This document shows positions 18,307 through 28,365 of a DNA stretch of 64,000 nt, one piece after another. The DNA comes from Spirochaetia bacterium (GTDB lineage: Bacteria > Spirochaetota > Spirochaetia > DSM-2461): the NCBI GenBank assembly GCA_963668315.1, contig OY764216.1:2112001-2176000 (forward strand). Reading direction: 5' to 3'. Numbering within the stretch: the stretch's first letter is position 1; each line of letters opens with the position of its first letter. The translations under genes were made by a program, and so were the position numbers. Under the pieces are notes generated by a model, which saw nothing but the letters and a program-made list of their open reading frames with translations, did no database searches and was not told the DNA's origin.

Positions 18307-21300
18307 ATGGGGACCACTGAAAAGGGCGATCTGTTCCGTACTCTTCTGAAGGAGAAAATCCTTTTTCTCGACGGAGCGATGGGAACGATGATCCAGACTT
18401 ACGGACTGACCGAAGAGGATTTTCGCGGAGACCGTTTCGCCGGCCATCCCAAGCTTCTCAAGGGCAACAACGATATTCTCAACCTGACCCGCCCCGATGT
18501 CATACGGGAAATCCATGAAGCATTTCTGGAAGCGGGGGCCCACATTATTGAAACCAATACTTTTAATGGAACCTGCTACTCCCAGGAGGAGTACGGGACC
18601 GCCGAATATGCCTATGAGATAAACCGCACCGCCGCCGAAAACGCCCGTAAGGCCTGCGATAAATTCGATACGCCCGACTATCCCCGATTTGTGGCGGGAA
18701 GTCTGGGGCCCACGGGCAAAACCCTTTCCATCTCGCCGAAAATCGAAGATCCCGGCTACAGGGACATCGACTTTGACGGACTGGCCGCCGCTTACACAGA
18801 AGCGATCCGCGGCCTTGTGGACGGAGGGGCGGATATTCTGATAGTGGAGACGATCTTCGACACTCTTAACTCCAAGGCCGCTATCTATGCTGTCAGAAAC
18901 TACTTTGCCGAAACGGGGACGGAACTGCCCCTTATGATCTCCGGAACGATTACCGACGAGAGCGGCCGGACCCTCTCCGGTTCCACCGCCGAGGCTTTCT
19001 GGTACTCCGTTTCCCATGGCGAACCGGTTTCGGTGGGGTTCAACTGCGCCCTGGGGGCCGATAAAATGGGCCGCCATGTGGCTACTGTCTCAGCCATTGC
19101 CGACTGCGCCGTTTCGGCCTATCCCAATGCGGGGCTTCCCAATGAACTGGGAGAGTACGACGACTCCCCCGAGCTTATGGCCGAAGTTCTGGCAGGTTAT
19201 GCCGAGGCGGGCCATCTGAATCTGGTGGGGGGGTGCTGCGGAACGACTCCGGAGCATCTCAAGGCTATCGTGGAGAGAATCCGGGATATCGCACCCCGGA
19301 AAATCCCCCCGAAAAGGCCCGTCTCCACCTACTCGGGTATCGACCCTCTTGTCCTGGATGAGAACAGTCTTTTCCAGAATGTGGGAGAGAGGACGAATGT
19401 GGCGGGAAGCCGCAAATTCGCCCGCCTTATAAGGGAGAAACAGTACGAGGAGGCTCTGGAAATCGCCCGCCGGCAGGTGGACAACGGGGCCACCATTATC
19501 GATGTGAATCTGGATGACGCCCTTCTGGAATCGGAAGAGGAGATGGCCCGGTTCATAAACCTTATCGCTTCCGAACCGGAGATCAGCCGTGTTCCCATCA
19601 TGGTGGATTCCTCCAAATGGTCCGTTATTGAAGCGGGCCTGAAGAGGATACAGGGTAAATCGATTGTCAATTCCATCAGCCTTAAGGAGGGGGAAGAGGC
19701 ATTTCTGGAAAAGGCCGCTAAAATCAGACTGTACGGCGCCGCCGCCGTTATCATGGCCTTTGATGAGACCGGACAGGCCGATAGTCTGGAAAGAAAGCTC
19801 CAAATCTGCCGCCGTTCCTATAATCTTTTGACGGAAAACGGATTTCCCCCCGAGGACATCATCTTCGATGTTAACGTTTTTGCCGTGGCCACCGGAATCG
19901 CCGAACACAGAAATTACGGGGTGGATTTCATCGAAGCGGTGAGAATACTCAAGAAGCAATATCCCCTCTGCCGGTTTTCCGGCGGTATCAGCAATGTATC
20001 TTTCTCATTCAGGGGTAACGATCCCGTGAGGGAGGCAATGCACTCCGTATTTCTTTACCATGCCATTCAGGCCGGTCTGGATATGGGTATCGTCAATGCC
20101 GGGCAGCTGGCGGTTTACGATGAACTGGATCCGGAGCTCCGGGAACTGGCCGAAGATGTGATCCTGAACCGGAACGGCGGAGTTGAAGGTGACGAGGCGG
20201 AGGAGAAACTTCTGGAAGCGGCTCCCCGTTTTGCCGGTCAGGGGTCTTCCCAGAACGGCGATCAGGGAAAGGATGAAGCCTGGAGGCAGGAAGAACCGGA
20301 AGAACGTCTCAAACACTCCCTGGTCAAGGGAATTACCACCTACCTCGAAGAGGACTTGAAGGAAATCGGCCGGAATCTGGCGGCCCTGGAAATCATCGAG
20401 GGCCCCCTCATGGCCGGTATGAACCGGGTGGGCGACCTGTTCGGCGCGGGGAAAATGTTCCTGCCCCAGGTCGTGAAGAGCGCCCGTGTCATAAAGAAAG
20501 CCGTCGCCATTCTGGAACCGGAACTGGAGGAAGGGAAAACCGGTTCTACCGGTCGGGGAAAAATTACTCTGGCCACGGTTAAAGGCGATGTTCACGATAT
20601 CGGAAAGAATATTGTCGGCCTTGTACTGCAGTGCAACGGCTATGACGTGGACGATCTGGGAGTTATGGTTCCGGGAGAGGATATTCTGGACCATGCCCGG
20701 AAAACCGGTGCCAAAGCTGTCTGTCTTTCCGGGCTGATTACCCCCTCCCTCGATGAAATGGTTTACGTCGCCGGGCTTATGGATAAGCGTGGCATGGAAG
20801 TTCCCCTCTTTGTGGGAGGCGCCACGACCAGCAAGAAGCATACAGCCCTGAAAATCGCCCCGGCCAGAAAAGGTCCGGTATATCATACCAATGACGCTTC
20901 CCAGATTATCCAGGTCATGAATGATGCCCTGAATCCGGATAAAAAAGACGCCCTGAGGAAGGAAACGGAGGAAAACTATGAAAAACTCCGGACCTTGACG
21001 GCGGAAACCAGACAGAAGGCTCCCCGGTTTACGGTGGAAGAGGCAAGAAAGCGGAAGCCCCGGCTGAACTGGGATGGCTATAAGCCGATTCCCCGGGAAT
21101 CCTGGGTCGGATCTGTTCCCATTGAAGAATTGATTCCCCTTATCGACTGGAAGTTTTTCTTTGTGGCCTGGCAGATGAAAAAGAATACCCCCCAGGCGGA
21201 AAAGGATGCCCTGAAAAAAGAGGCCATGGAGATGCTCGGAGAGCTGTCCGAGAGGAAGGATTATAAGATCCGAGCCGCCTGTTCCTGGTTTCATGCCCAT

Positions 21301-21768
21301 TCGGACGGGAAGGAATCGATTATATCCGCCGGAGAGACCTGGGTCTTTCCCCGTCAGAACAAGGGAGAAATATGCCGCTGTCTGGCCGATTATGTCTGCC
21401 CCGCCCCCGGAGAGGATCTGATGGGCTATTTCGCCTCCACGGCGAAAGGGTCAAAGGCTTTGATCGACGCGGCCCGGGAGGATGATGACGATTACCGTTC
21501 TTTTATGATCGCCGCCCTTTCCGACCGGCTGGCTGAAGCGGCCGCCGAATGGCTTCACCGCAAATTTGCCGATAATAAGGGCATTCGTCCGGCTCCCGGT
21601 TATCCCAGCTGTCCCGACCATGCCCAGAAAGAGGGGATTCTGGCGCTCCTGGATGACGGCGCCCTGGGAATTGAACTCACCGAGCACTATATGATGCAGC
21701 CCGCATCGTCGGTTTGCGGTTTTATCATTCCCCATCCCGAGGCGGATTATTTCGTCGTGCTGGACTAG
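18307..21768 (+). CDS. metH: Cobalamin-dependent methionine synthase
   Basis: [42 protein letters not shown]. Confidence 0.97.
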   Translation: MGTTEKGDLFRTLLKEKILFLDGAMGTMIQTYGLTEEDFRGDRFAGHPKLLKGNNDILNLTRPDVIREIHEAFLEAGAHIIETNTFNGTCYSQEEYGTAEYAYEINRTAAENARKACDKFDTPDYPRFVAGSLGPTGKTLSISPKIEDPGYRDIDFDGLAAAYTEAIRGLVDGGADILIVETIFDTLNSKAAIYAVRNYFAETGTELPLMISGTITDESGRTLSGSTAEAFWYSVSHGEPVSVGFNCALGADKMGRHVATVSAIADCAVSAYPNAGLPNELGEYDDSPELMAEVLAGYAEAGHLNLVGGCCGTTPEHLKAIVERIRDIAPRKIPPKRPVSTYSGIDPLVLDENSLFQNVGERTNVAGSRKFARLIREKQYEEALEIARRQVDNGATIIDVNLDDALLESEEEMARFINLIASEPEISRVPIMVDSSKWSVIEAGLKRIQGKSIVNSISLKEGEEAFLEKAAKIRLYGAAAVIMAFDETGQADSLERKLQICRRSYNLLTENGFPPEDIIFDVNVFAVATGIAEHRNYGVDFIEAVRILKKQYPLCRFSGGISNVSFSFRGNDPVREAMHSVFLYHAIQAGLDMGIVNAGQLAVYDELDPELRELAEDVILNRNGGVEGDEAEEKLLEAAPRFAGQGSSQNGDQGKDEAWRQEEPEERLKHSLVKGITTYLEEDLKEIGRNLAALEIIEGPLMAGMNRVGDLFGAGKMFLPQVVKSARVIKKAVAILEPELEEGKTGSTGRGKITLATVKGDVHDIGKNIVGLVLQCNGYDVDDLGVMVPGEDILDHARKTGAKAVCLSGLITPSLDEMVYVAGLMDKRGMEVPLFVGGATTSKKHTALKIAPARKGPVYHTNDASQIIQVMNDALNPDKKDALRKETEENYEKLRTLTAETRQKAPRFTVEEARKRKPRLNWDGYKPIPRESWVGSVPIEELIPLIDWKFFFVAWQMKKNTPQAEKDALKKEAMEMLGELSERKDYKIRAACSWFHAHSDGKESIISAGETWVFPRQNKGEICRCLADYVCPAPGEDLMGYFASTAKGSKALIDAAREDDDDYRSFMIAALSDRLAEAAAEWLHRKFADNKGIRPAPGYPSCPDHAQKEGILALLDDGALGIELTEHYMMQPASSVCGFIIPHPEADYFVVLD

Positions 21769-21770
21769 CA

Positions 21771-22253
21771 GTGGAGGGCGGAGAGATCAGGGCGGCTTTC
21801 GATCGGCTCGATGAGGCCGTCATTGACGCCTGTTCCATCATCTACCTATTGAAGACCGGCGTATTCGAAAGTCTGGGAGCCATTCTCAAACTGGATACGA
21901 CGGGAGATGTCTACCGAGAGACCGGCTGGCCGCTGAAGGACGGCCGGCCCCGTCTCCCTCTGACCCTCTTTCCCTCCTCTGAAATGGCCCGCTCCAACGA
22001 TCATGGGCTTTTTCTACTGGCAAAAAGCCGATCCCTTCCTCTCATTTCCGAAGATAAGGAAGTTCTGGAAATGGCCGCCGGTGAGGGACTGCCCTATTAT
22101 AACAGCCTTATGATGCTTCTCTTTCTGCTTTACAAGGGAAGAATTACTCAAGGGGACTACGAAGAGTATAAAATACGCCTATTGGGAGAAGCCCGTTACG
22201 GAGAGAGTATTATCAAGAGGGGAGAAGAGTACTACCGCGACCTTTTTCTCTAG
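21771..22253 (+). CDS. PIN-domain-like protein
   Basis: VIDACSIIYL, VYRE, SND, LISEDKE acidic pattern. Confidence 0.6.
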   Translation: MEGGEIRAAFDRLDEAVIDACSIIYLLKTGVFESLGAILKLDTTGDVYRETGWPLKDGRPRLPLTLFPSSEMARSNDHGLFLLAKSRSLPLISEDKEVLEMAAGEGLPYYNSLMMLLFLLYKGRITQGDYEEYKIRLLGEARYGESIIKRGEEYYRDLFL

Positions 22254-22303
22254 GAGTGTAAGAGAGAAACCACGAATTACACGATTTTCACGAAAAATTG
22301 GAG

Positions 22304-23526
22304 TTATGCAGAATTAAGAAAAATATATATAGTGTCAAATGATACGTCACTTCTATTTTTAATTTAGATTAGTTATATATATGTAATGTAAAGAGATAAT
22401 ATAATAATGGTAAGAGAATTGGGCTAGACATTTGATATTAAAATATATTATTTATAGAAGTCGTAAAACAACCAAAATCTCATAAGAGATAATACTAAAA
22501 ATTAAAGGACTTGATATGAGATTTAAATTTACTTTATTCATTATATTTTCATTGTTACTATTTGGTTGTACTACAAAACAACCTGTGAATGGATGGGAAG
22601 AATATTTTTGTAACATGAATTACGTGAATAATATCTATCTGGGAATTTTATTAAATAATTCAACAATAAATAATGGTAACGATTACTCTATCTATTTTGA
22701 ATTTGATTCAGATATGATAGAAGAACTAGAAATGAAGTATCATATTAATAAAATTGCTGGAAGTGGTAGTGATTTTGATAAAGCATTAAGAATAATGCAT
22801 GAATTTGCACCCAGATTAGCTCATGGTAGTACGTTTGATAATCATATAGATTTCAATTCTCTTTCTATACTTGATTATAGTTTGGACAAACCTAAAAATG
22901 GGATAAATTGTTTGAACAAGTCTAAAATCCTAATGGAATTATGTTTAAGTCAGGATATTTACGCAAGAAAAGTATCTCTTTATCCATATAATCCAATAGA
23001 TGAAGATAATCATGTCGTTGTAGAGATTTATTCAAATGAATTAGAAAAATGGATTATGCTAGATCCTTCCAGTAATACTTATTGTCAAAATAAAAATGGG
23101 GATCCAATGTCACTATTGGAGATTAGAGATAATTTAATATCAAAGTTACCTTTTACAATAATATCTCAGGAACAAATTGATGATCCAATTTATCTTGAAA
23201 CCTATCTTACTAAAAATTTAATCTTCTTAGTTTATGATTCTATAAATGGTTTTGGAAATAATAATGATAATATCCGATATTATTTATTACCTCAAAATTT
23301 TGATATAAATAAATGGTATAATACTAAATATCCTGATAGAAAAGAATATTATGAGAATAATATTTTTAAATTGATTAGTATAGATTCAATAACCAAAAGC
23401 CCGATCGCACTAAATAATTAATGAATGCATAACAATGTTTTGCTACTGTCAATTTTTCTGTCACTCATTTTGTTTACACAAAATAAGCGCCAGCCCTTCG
23501 GGACAAAATTGCAGCAGAAAACGGCG
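22304..23526 (+). mobile_element. Solitary integron gene cassette
   Basis: AT-rich block that starts at G|TTATGC (22303-22309) and ends in an attC whose R'' is the exact complement GCATAAC. Confidence 0.8.
22516..23421 (+). CDS. Transglutaminase-like lipoprotein (cassette cargo)
   Basis: LLFGC lipobox; NCLNKS, DNHVVVEIY and WIMLDP give a Cys-His-Asp triad. Confidence 0.8.
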   Translation: MRFKFTLFIIFSLLLFGCTTKQPVNGWEEYFCNMNYVNNIYLGILLNNSTINNGNDYSIYFEFDSDMIEELEMKYHINKIAGSGSDFDKALRIMHEFAPRLAHGSTFDNHIDFNSLSILDYSLDKPKNGINCLNKSKILMELCLSQDIYARKVSLYPYNPIDEDNHVVVEIYSNELEKWIMLDPSSNTYCQNKNGDPMSLLEIRDNLISKLPFTIISQEQIDDPIYLETYLTKNLIFLVYDSINGFGNNNDNIRYYLLPQNFDINKWYNTKYPDRKEYYENNIFKLISIDSITKSPIALNN

Positions 23527-23532
23527 ATAAAC
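23427..23532 (+). other. attC recombination site (106 bp)
   Basis: R'' GCATAAC, 5-nt spacer, L'' TTTgCTAC with an extra base, internal hairpins, L' GCAGAAA, 5-nt spacer, R' G|ATAAAC. Confidence 0.8.
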
Positions 23533-23691
23533 TGATTTTAAGTTTTCTATTTTAGTGAGAATTCCTATTCAATTATAAGCTTTAATAAAAGAAAGAGTCT
23601 CCACTAACTTATAGAAGAGAACAGCGTGAGCCCAAACAGGCTTTAATGAACCACAAAAGCTTTTCGCTTTATTCGTGCATTTCTTGGTCAT

Positions 23692-23723
23692 AAAAAAAGC
23701 CCCCCGGCCGCAACCGGAGGGCT
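23692..23723 (-). terminator. ilvB terminator
   Basis: AGCCCTCCGG/CCGGGGGGCT stem followed by a U-run on the minus strand. Confidence 0.8.
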
Positions 23724-23731
23724 CTCTGGAT

Positions 23732-25405
23732 TTATTCGTCCACCTCGTCACCTACGACAAGTTCATCGAGGGCGGCTCCCGGGGGAACCATGGGGAATAC
23801 CTTGTTGTCCGTGGGGATTTCGCAGTCCACGATAACCGGCCGGCCGGCCGCAAAGGCTTCCTTGAGAACGGGAGTCGGGTCCTCATTCGCCCCTATGCGA
23901 AGGCCCTTGGCACCGAAAGCCTCGGCGAGTTTCACCCAGTCGATGGCATAATTCAAATCGGTGGATGAGTAGCGGTTTTCGTAGAACAGAGTCTGCCACT
24001 GGCGTACCATCCCCAGGGTTTTATTGTTCATCAGAAGAATGACCAGGGGGAGTTTGTTCTGAACGGCCGTGCTCATTTCCTGGCAGTTCATGCGGAAGCT
24101 TCCGTCTCCCGCCACATTGACGACCTGTCTGTCCGGGCAGGCGAAACAGGCGCCGATAGCCGCTCCCGTTCCGTAACCCATGGTACCCAGGCCGCCCGAA
24201 GTCAGGAAGGAGTAGGGTTTCTTGAAACCGTAGAACTGGGCGGCCCACATCTGGTGCTGACCTACCTCTGTGGCCACGATGGCGTTTCCTCCGGTTACTT
24301 CCGTCAGGGCATCGAGTATCTCCTTGGGCCTTTTGCTCTGAGGCGCCCGGCTGACGGGATTCATTTTTTTGAGTTCCACAATTTCTTCCATCCATTTGGG
24401 GTGCTTCTTCTCGCCGACTCTTTTGATCAGTTCCTCCAGGGCCGGTTTCATATGGCTGATGATGCAGTGATCGGTGGGGACGTTCTTGTTGATCTCCGCC
24501 GGATCAATATCGATATGGAGGATTCTCTTGTTCTCATGGAAACCTTCGGTTTTTCCCACGACACGGTCGGAGAAGCGGGCTCCCAGTACAATCAGGAGGT
24601 CGCAGTTTTTCATGGCCAGGTTGGATGCCTTGGAGCCGTGCATTCCGATCATACCCGTATTGTGGATGTCTTCCTTATCCATGCAGTCCATGGCCATGAG
24701 ACTCAATCCCAGGCAGGCGTCGATTTTCTTGACCAGAGTGCTCAGTTCATTGGCCGCCTTGCCCAGGGTGACACCTCCGCCGGCGTAGATATAGGGGCGC
24801 TGGGCATCCATAATCATATCCACGGCTCTGTCCCAGTCCTCTTCGGTCGCCTGGGGTTTGGGAATGACGATAGGTTCCGGTTCCTTAAATTCATAGTCAG
24901 TCTTTTCGGTGGTGATATTTTTCGGAATATCGATGAGTACGGGTCCGGGACGTCCGGAAGCGGCAATGATAAAGGCTTCCCTGATGGTATCGGCCAGTTT
25001 CTCGACATCGGTTACCATGTAGTTATGCTTGGTAACGGGCATGGTAATTCCCAGAATATCCACTTCCTGGAAGCTGTCCTTTCCCAGAAGATTCATGGGA
25101 GTGTTTCCCGTAATGGCCACCATGGGGATGGAATCCATGTAGGCTGTGGCGATTCCCGTTACCAGGTTGGTGGCGCCGGGACCGGATGTGGCCATACAGA
25201 CGCCGACTCGGCCGCTTGCCCGGGCATATCCGTCGGCGGCATGGGCGGCTCCCTGCTCGTGGGCTGTCAGAATGTGATTGATCTTTCCGTCTTTGAAAAG
25301 AGCGTCATATATATTGAGAACCGCTCCGCCGGGAAAGCCGAATATGGTATCAACCTTCTGTTCCTTAAGACATTCTATAATAATTTCTGCACCTGATAAT
25401 TTCAT
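23732..25405 (-). CDS. ilvB: Acetolactate synthase large subunit
   Basis: IFGFPGGA, HEQGAAHAADGYAR, TSGPGATN, GDGSF...NN. Confidence 0.96.
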   Translation of the reverse strand: MKLSGAEIIIECLKEQKVDTIFGFPGGAVLNIYDALFKDGKINHILTAHEQGAAHAADGYARASGRVGVCMATSGPGATNLVTGIATAYMDSIPMVAITGNTPMNLLGKDSFQEVDILGITMPVTKHNYMVTDVEKLADTIREAFIIAASGRPGPVLIDIPKNITTEKTDYEFKEPEPIVIPKPQATEEDWDRAVDMIMDAQRPYIYAGGGVTLGKAANELSTLVKKIDACLGLSLMAMDCMDKEDIHNTGMIGMHGSKASNLAMKNCDLLIVLGARFSDRVVGKTEGFHENKRILHIDIDPAEINKNVPTDHCIISHMKPALEELIKRVGEKKHPKWMEEIVELKKMNPVSRAPQSKRPKEILDALTEVTGGNAIVATEVGQHQMWAAQFYGFKKPYSFLTSGGLGTMGYGTGAAIGACFACPDRQVVNVAGDGSFRMNCQEMSTAVQNKLPLVILLMNNKTLGMVRQWQTLFYENRYSSTDLNYAIDWVKLAEAFGAKGLRIGANEDPTPVLKEAFAAGRPVIVDCEIPTDNKVFPMVPPGAALDELVVGDEVDE

Positions 25406-25447
25406 TTTATGCTCCTTGTAGTTTCAGCGGGATGACCCGCCATGCCC

Positions 25448-25993
25448 TCAGGCATTGATTTCGCCTTCCAATACGGCCTGTTCCGCATGTTCTTTCATAT
25501 CTATAAGGGAGTGGTCTCCCCGGGCAATACCGGTAATACCGGTCTGAACGATCTCTTTGATTCCGAAGCTGCTCAGTTTTCTCTGAAGCCCTTCCAGTTT
25601 GGCCGTGTCTCCCACGGCTTCTATCGTAATGGATTCTCCGGCCACATCAACGACTTTCGCCTTGAAGAGTTCGGTGATCTCCCTGATTGTCGCCAGATCT
25701 TTACCTACCGTATTCACCTTTATGAACATCAGCTGTCTGATTATGGCATCTTCCGGATTCAGAACTTCTATGTGCTTGACATCGATAAGTTTGTCCAGCT
25801 GTTTGCCGATCTGTTCAAAGACGGCGTGGGAGCCGCTGGCTACGATGGTCATGCGGGAAAACTCCGGATCTTCGGTGACACCTACGGTCAGGCTGTCTAT
25901 GTTATACCCTCTGCGGGCGAATAGACCGGCCACGCGGGTGAGGACGCCGAAGTGATTATTCACTAATACAGAAAAAACACGTTTTTCATTCAT
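25448..25993 (-). CDS. ilvN: Acetolactate synthase small (ACT) subunit
   Basis: VNNHFGVLTRVAGLFARRGYNIDSL; AGGAGG RBS. Confidence 0.95.
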   Translation of the reverse strand: MNEKRVFSVLVNNHFGVLTRVAGLFARRGYNIDSLTVGVTEDPEFSRMTIVASGSHAVFEQIGKQLDKLIDVKHIEVLNPEDAIIRQLMFIKVNTVGKDLATIREITELFKAKVVDVAGESITIEAVGDTAKLEGLQRKLSSFGIKEIVQTGITGIARGDHSLIDMKEHAEQAVLEGEINA

Positions 25994-26153
25994 CTTATTC
26001 CTCCTGTGCGGCTTGACCACACGGTTTTTAATATTTAAGCGTTTATAACGCTTTCTTAACAGGTCAACGTTATATCTCAAGTATAAACGTATCCCTGATA
26101 CGGGGCTGAGTTAATGTCGCAATTCTTTTAATTTGTTGAATTAAAAGCCGCGA

Positions 26154-26342
26154 CTAGCTAATGACGACTAGTAGGACGGAAAAAATGACGACGGATAGGA
26201 CGACGACGTCGGATAGGACAGATAGGGAGGGGGGGGTGAGGTGGTTGCTTGCTTTCTTAGTGCTGAAGCTCGAGGCTCCGGCGGTAAATCTGCCTGATCC
26301 CTGAGGGGAAAAACAGATCCCTTTCCATGACATTCCGGTCAT
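26154..26342 (-). promoter_or_regulatory. Putative ilv attenuation leader peptide (62 aa)
   Basis: AAGGAG RBS; 16 of the 22 codons at 26160-26225 are Val(GTC) x9, Leu(CTA) x5, Ile(ATT) x2. Confidence 0.75.
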
Positions 26343-26448
26343 TCTAAACTCCTTAGGTAGGATATATCTTCCTATTAAAGGATAGATGGGGGTTGTTGTC
26401 AAGGGATAGTTGTATAATACTTTAAGAAAAGGAAGGAGATACAAGGAT

Positions 26449-27720
26449 ATGTGTATAAAGCGAACATCTCTATTTGTACCGTTTTTCTTTGTCTTTATAT
26501 TTTTATCAGCCCAGGAAAAAGCTTCCGTTGCCGTATTGGATACGGCCCTTCTGGACGGGGATATTCCCCGTAATGCCTCGATGGTGGCAGCCACATACCT
26601 GAACGATTCCTTCTCCGCTTCACCCGGGTATGCCCCTTTAGACCGTAGGCTTATCTATACACGCTGGAATAACAGCTCGCCGGGAGATATCAATATTGTC
26701 TCCCTTGTGCAGAGGGGTGAGTATGACAGGCTGGGCGGTCTTCTCGGAGCCGATTTTCTCTGTCTGTCCTCGCTCAAGCGCGACGGGGGCGGATATCTCC
26801 TGACCGCCGAGCTGTACGATATCTCTCAGGGAGGCGTCGTCTCCCGGGAAACCGCCCGCGCCGGACGTCTGGAAGAGCTTCTCAATGCGGGCCGACTGGC
26901 GGGAGCGAAACTCTCCGGAGCTTCTCCGGCGGCGCTTCCCGAACCGGCTCCTCCCCTGACGGCCGCCGTTCCCGCTCAGGCTCCCCCGGCGGGTGCGGCC
27001 TCTCCCGTGAAGGAAAAGGTGGCCGCCGAAACTCCGGCGGAAGATCCGCCGGCTCAGAATGCTTCAAATTCATTCGGTGAACAGGAACAGGGTTCAGATG
27101 CGCCCGAAAAGCCTTCCTCCGGACGGGCGGAACCCTTCGGCTCCCTGACGCTGAGCCTTCTCCTGCCGACCTTCGTGGGCAATGAGGAGTTTACCGTATC
27201 CTATGACGGTTGGGTCACCTACGAACAAACCCCCCTTTACGATCTTGGTTTCGGCGATGATCTGAATCTGGGAATGGACTTTAATTTACGATTTACCGGA
27301 ACATCCTATTTCTGCCTGGATCTGGGATTCTCCTTGGCCTCCCAGCTTCTTACCTACGAAACCTATGACTACTATTACGGTTACGAAGAGACCACTTCCA
27401 TGAGTTTCGGCCTTTTTGACTTCTACCTGGGCCTGGGGGCTGTCCTGCCTCTGACGGAGAACCTGCAGTTGGCCGGAGTGGGAACCATAGGATACGGAGT
27501 CCTTTTTCTGGGCGCCGATGTCTGGGATTCGGCAACCATTTCCAGTTTTGACGGATCGACGGGAGTCACTATGGGGATCACGGCGGGAATCGATTTCAAG
27601 ACGGCTTCCGGTCTTGTCCTGACGCTACGGTATCGATACTCCTATGCCCCCGAGCTTGATCCATTGGGGACGGATTTCGGATACCACGGTGTTCTGCTGG
27701 GATTAGGGACAGTCCTGTAA
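26449..27720 (+). CDS. Secreted protein: CsgG/TolB-N-like domain, Pro/Ala linker, C-terminal beta-barrel-like domain
   Basis: Signal peptide, VAVLD...LGADF motif, low-complexity linker, alternating strands at the C-terminus. Confidence 0.6.
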   Translation: MCIKRTSLFVPFFFVFIFLSAQEKASVAVLDTALLDGDIPRNASMVAATYLNDSFSASPGYAPLDRRLIYTRWNNSSPGDINIVSLVQRGEYDRLGGLLGADFLCLSSLKRDGGGYLLTAELYDISQGGVVSRETARAGRLEELLNAGRLAGAKLSGASPAALPEPAPPLTAAVPAQAPPAGAASPVKEKVAAETPAEDPPAQNASNSFGEQEQGSDAPEKPSSGRAEPFGSLTLSLLLPTFVGNEEFTVSYDGWVTYEQTPLYDLGFGDDLNLGMDFNLRFTGTSYFCLDLGFSLASQLLTYETYDYYYGYEETTSMSFGLFDFYLGLGAVLPLTENLQLAGVGTIGYGVLFLGADVWDSATISSFDGSTGVTMGITAGIDFKTASGLVLTLRYRYSYAPELDPLGTDFGYHGVLLGLGTVL

Positions 27721-27808
27721 GGAGGGGGAAGATTTTTTACGGGAAAAACTTGAAAATCCCTTTGGTATCATTAATAATTATATTACCCCCAGGAGGGAGG
27801 AAGAGTAA

Positions 27809-28213
27809 ATGCGTTTGCTTCTGGTTGATGATGATTTTGTTTCCCGTAAATTGCTGGTCACGATTTTAACTCCCTATGCCGATTGCGATATCGCCGTTTC
27901 GGGCGACGAGGCTGTACTGGCCTACAAGCTCTCCCATAAGGAGAAAAGGCCCTATGATGGAATCTTTCTCGATGTGATGATGCCCGGAAGTGACGGATAT
28001 TCCGCGTTGGAAGGAATAAGAGAGTGGGAGAGAAATAGAAGCATTCCTTCTGAAAGGCAGGTGAAAATTATTATGGCCACTTCGGTGGACGAGCCTAAAA
28101 TGATGATGAAGGCTTTTCACAACCAATGCGACTCCTATGTGGTAAAACCCCTGGTGGAAGCCAAAATCCTTTCTGCTGCAGAGAAGGCCGGACTGTTTCT
28201 CTTCAAGAAATGA
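27809..28213 (+). CDS. Single-domain CheY-like response regulator
   Basis: LLVDDD, FLDVMMP, IMATS, YVVKP. Confidence 0.88.
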   Translation: MRLLLVDDDFVSRKLLVTILTPYADCDIAVSGDEAVLAYKLSHKEKRPYDGIFLDVMMPGSDGYSALEGIREWERNRSIPSERQVKIIMATSVDEPKMMMKAFHNQCDSYVVKPLVEAKILSAAEKAGLFLFKK

Positions 28214-28365
28214 AAATAATAATAAAAAACAATATATCTCTCTCCTGAAAAGAATTAAAAATTACATCATCCGCTGATAAAACCCCCTTTCTTATTCTGA
28301 AATTTTGATTTTTCTCCTTTCATAGCCTAAAATTACCATATGAAGCTGTGGTGAGGGCGAATGTC

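Noticed and set aside
26160..26225. GACGAC/GGATAG repeats as a microsatellite or CRISPR
   Set aside because: Explained by repeated Val, Leu and Ser codons of the leader ORF; no repeat-spacer structure
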